A program made the translations under genes and the position numbers. Positions 63,636-64,000 of a stretch of 64,000 bases of DNA are shown here, piece by piece (within the stretch, counting starts at the first letter, position 1; the number at the start of each line of letters is the position of its first letter). A model generated the notes under the pieces. That model did no database searches. It saw only the letters and a list, made by a program, of their open reading frames with translations, and had not been told where the DNA came from. This DNA is from Squalus acanthias (Eukaryota): assembly GCA_030390025.1 (NCBI GenBank), contig CM059444.1, forward strand, positions 12,338,001 through 12,402,000, given 5' to 3'.

Positions 63636-64000
63636 TTATTTGTTCCTACTAAAATTATTTTGCTAATTAAGCCTGATTTAAACCCAAATTTTTCTGATTC
63701 TGTTACTTTTGAGCTGAAGTGCATTTGCTCGCAACTGGTTTTTATCCTTTTTTTTAAAAAAAAACAAACCCTAAGTTCAGGATGTAATAAAGTCAGAATT
63801 GGAGACGATGAAAGGATTGATGCCCAAAGAGCAAAGGCCAGTAAATGGCAGCCAAAAATATCTGCTTGCGTTAGCAGAGACCTCCGCCTTTGATCCTGAC
63901 TTAACGGATTGAACTTTGCACTGTTTCAGTCAAAACCACCATCCGAAGGGGTGACTGAGGGCTGGCGATTGGACCCACAGAGCCCGATGAGGGGGGATTG

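Noticed and set aside
1149-63893. The many 60-170-aa ORFs in the track
   Set aside because: Apart from those overlapping ITPR1 exons or LINE ORF2, they are chance or antisense-to-repeat frames with no recognisable domains.
53677-64000. Next ITPR1 exon (expected ...GEMSLAEVQCHLDKEGAS...)
   Set aside because: Not found by eye; presumably beyond the window end.

Overview
Eukaryotic genomic DNA, inferred to be a cartilaginous fish (shark/ray) from the repeat families. The whole window lies inside one + strand gene, ITPR1 (inositol 1,4,5-trisphosphate receptor type 1), across its regulatory/coupling region. Six constitutive exons can be read directly with canonical, phase-compatible splice sites (758-886, 11205-11325, 13319-13503, 15489-15637, 16516-16627, 53544-53676). 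Between the last two lies the alternatively spliced SII cassette, spread over ~37 kb: a clear 36-nt exon (25779-25814), a clear 48-nt exon (47418-47465), a probable diverged 54-nt middle exon (28714-28767) and a candidate extra 6-nt microexon (49147-49152). The introns hold CR1 and L2 LINE fragments, two tRNA-derived SINE families, MITE-like elements, Penelope-like relics and a gapped ~6-kb pyrimidine-rich satellite; the ~2000-aa ORFs are artefacts of that satellite. I cannot support a wholly new biological system here. The best leads are the candidate microexon, the SII cassette architecture, an inverted pair of young CR1 copies flanking an in-frame 567-nt four-exon block, and two long unexplained inverted repeats. 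Family names and mammalian comparisons are from memory, not database searches; repeat boundaries are approximate.
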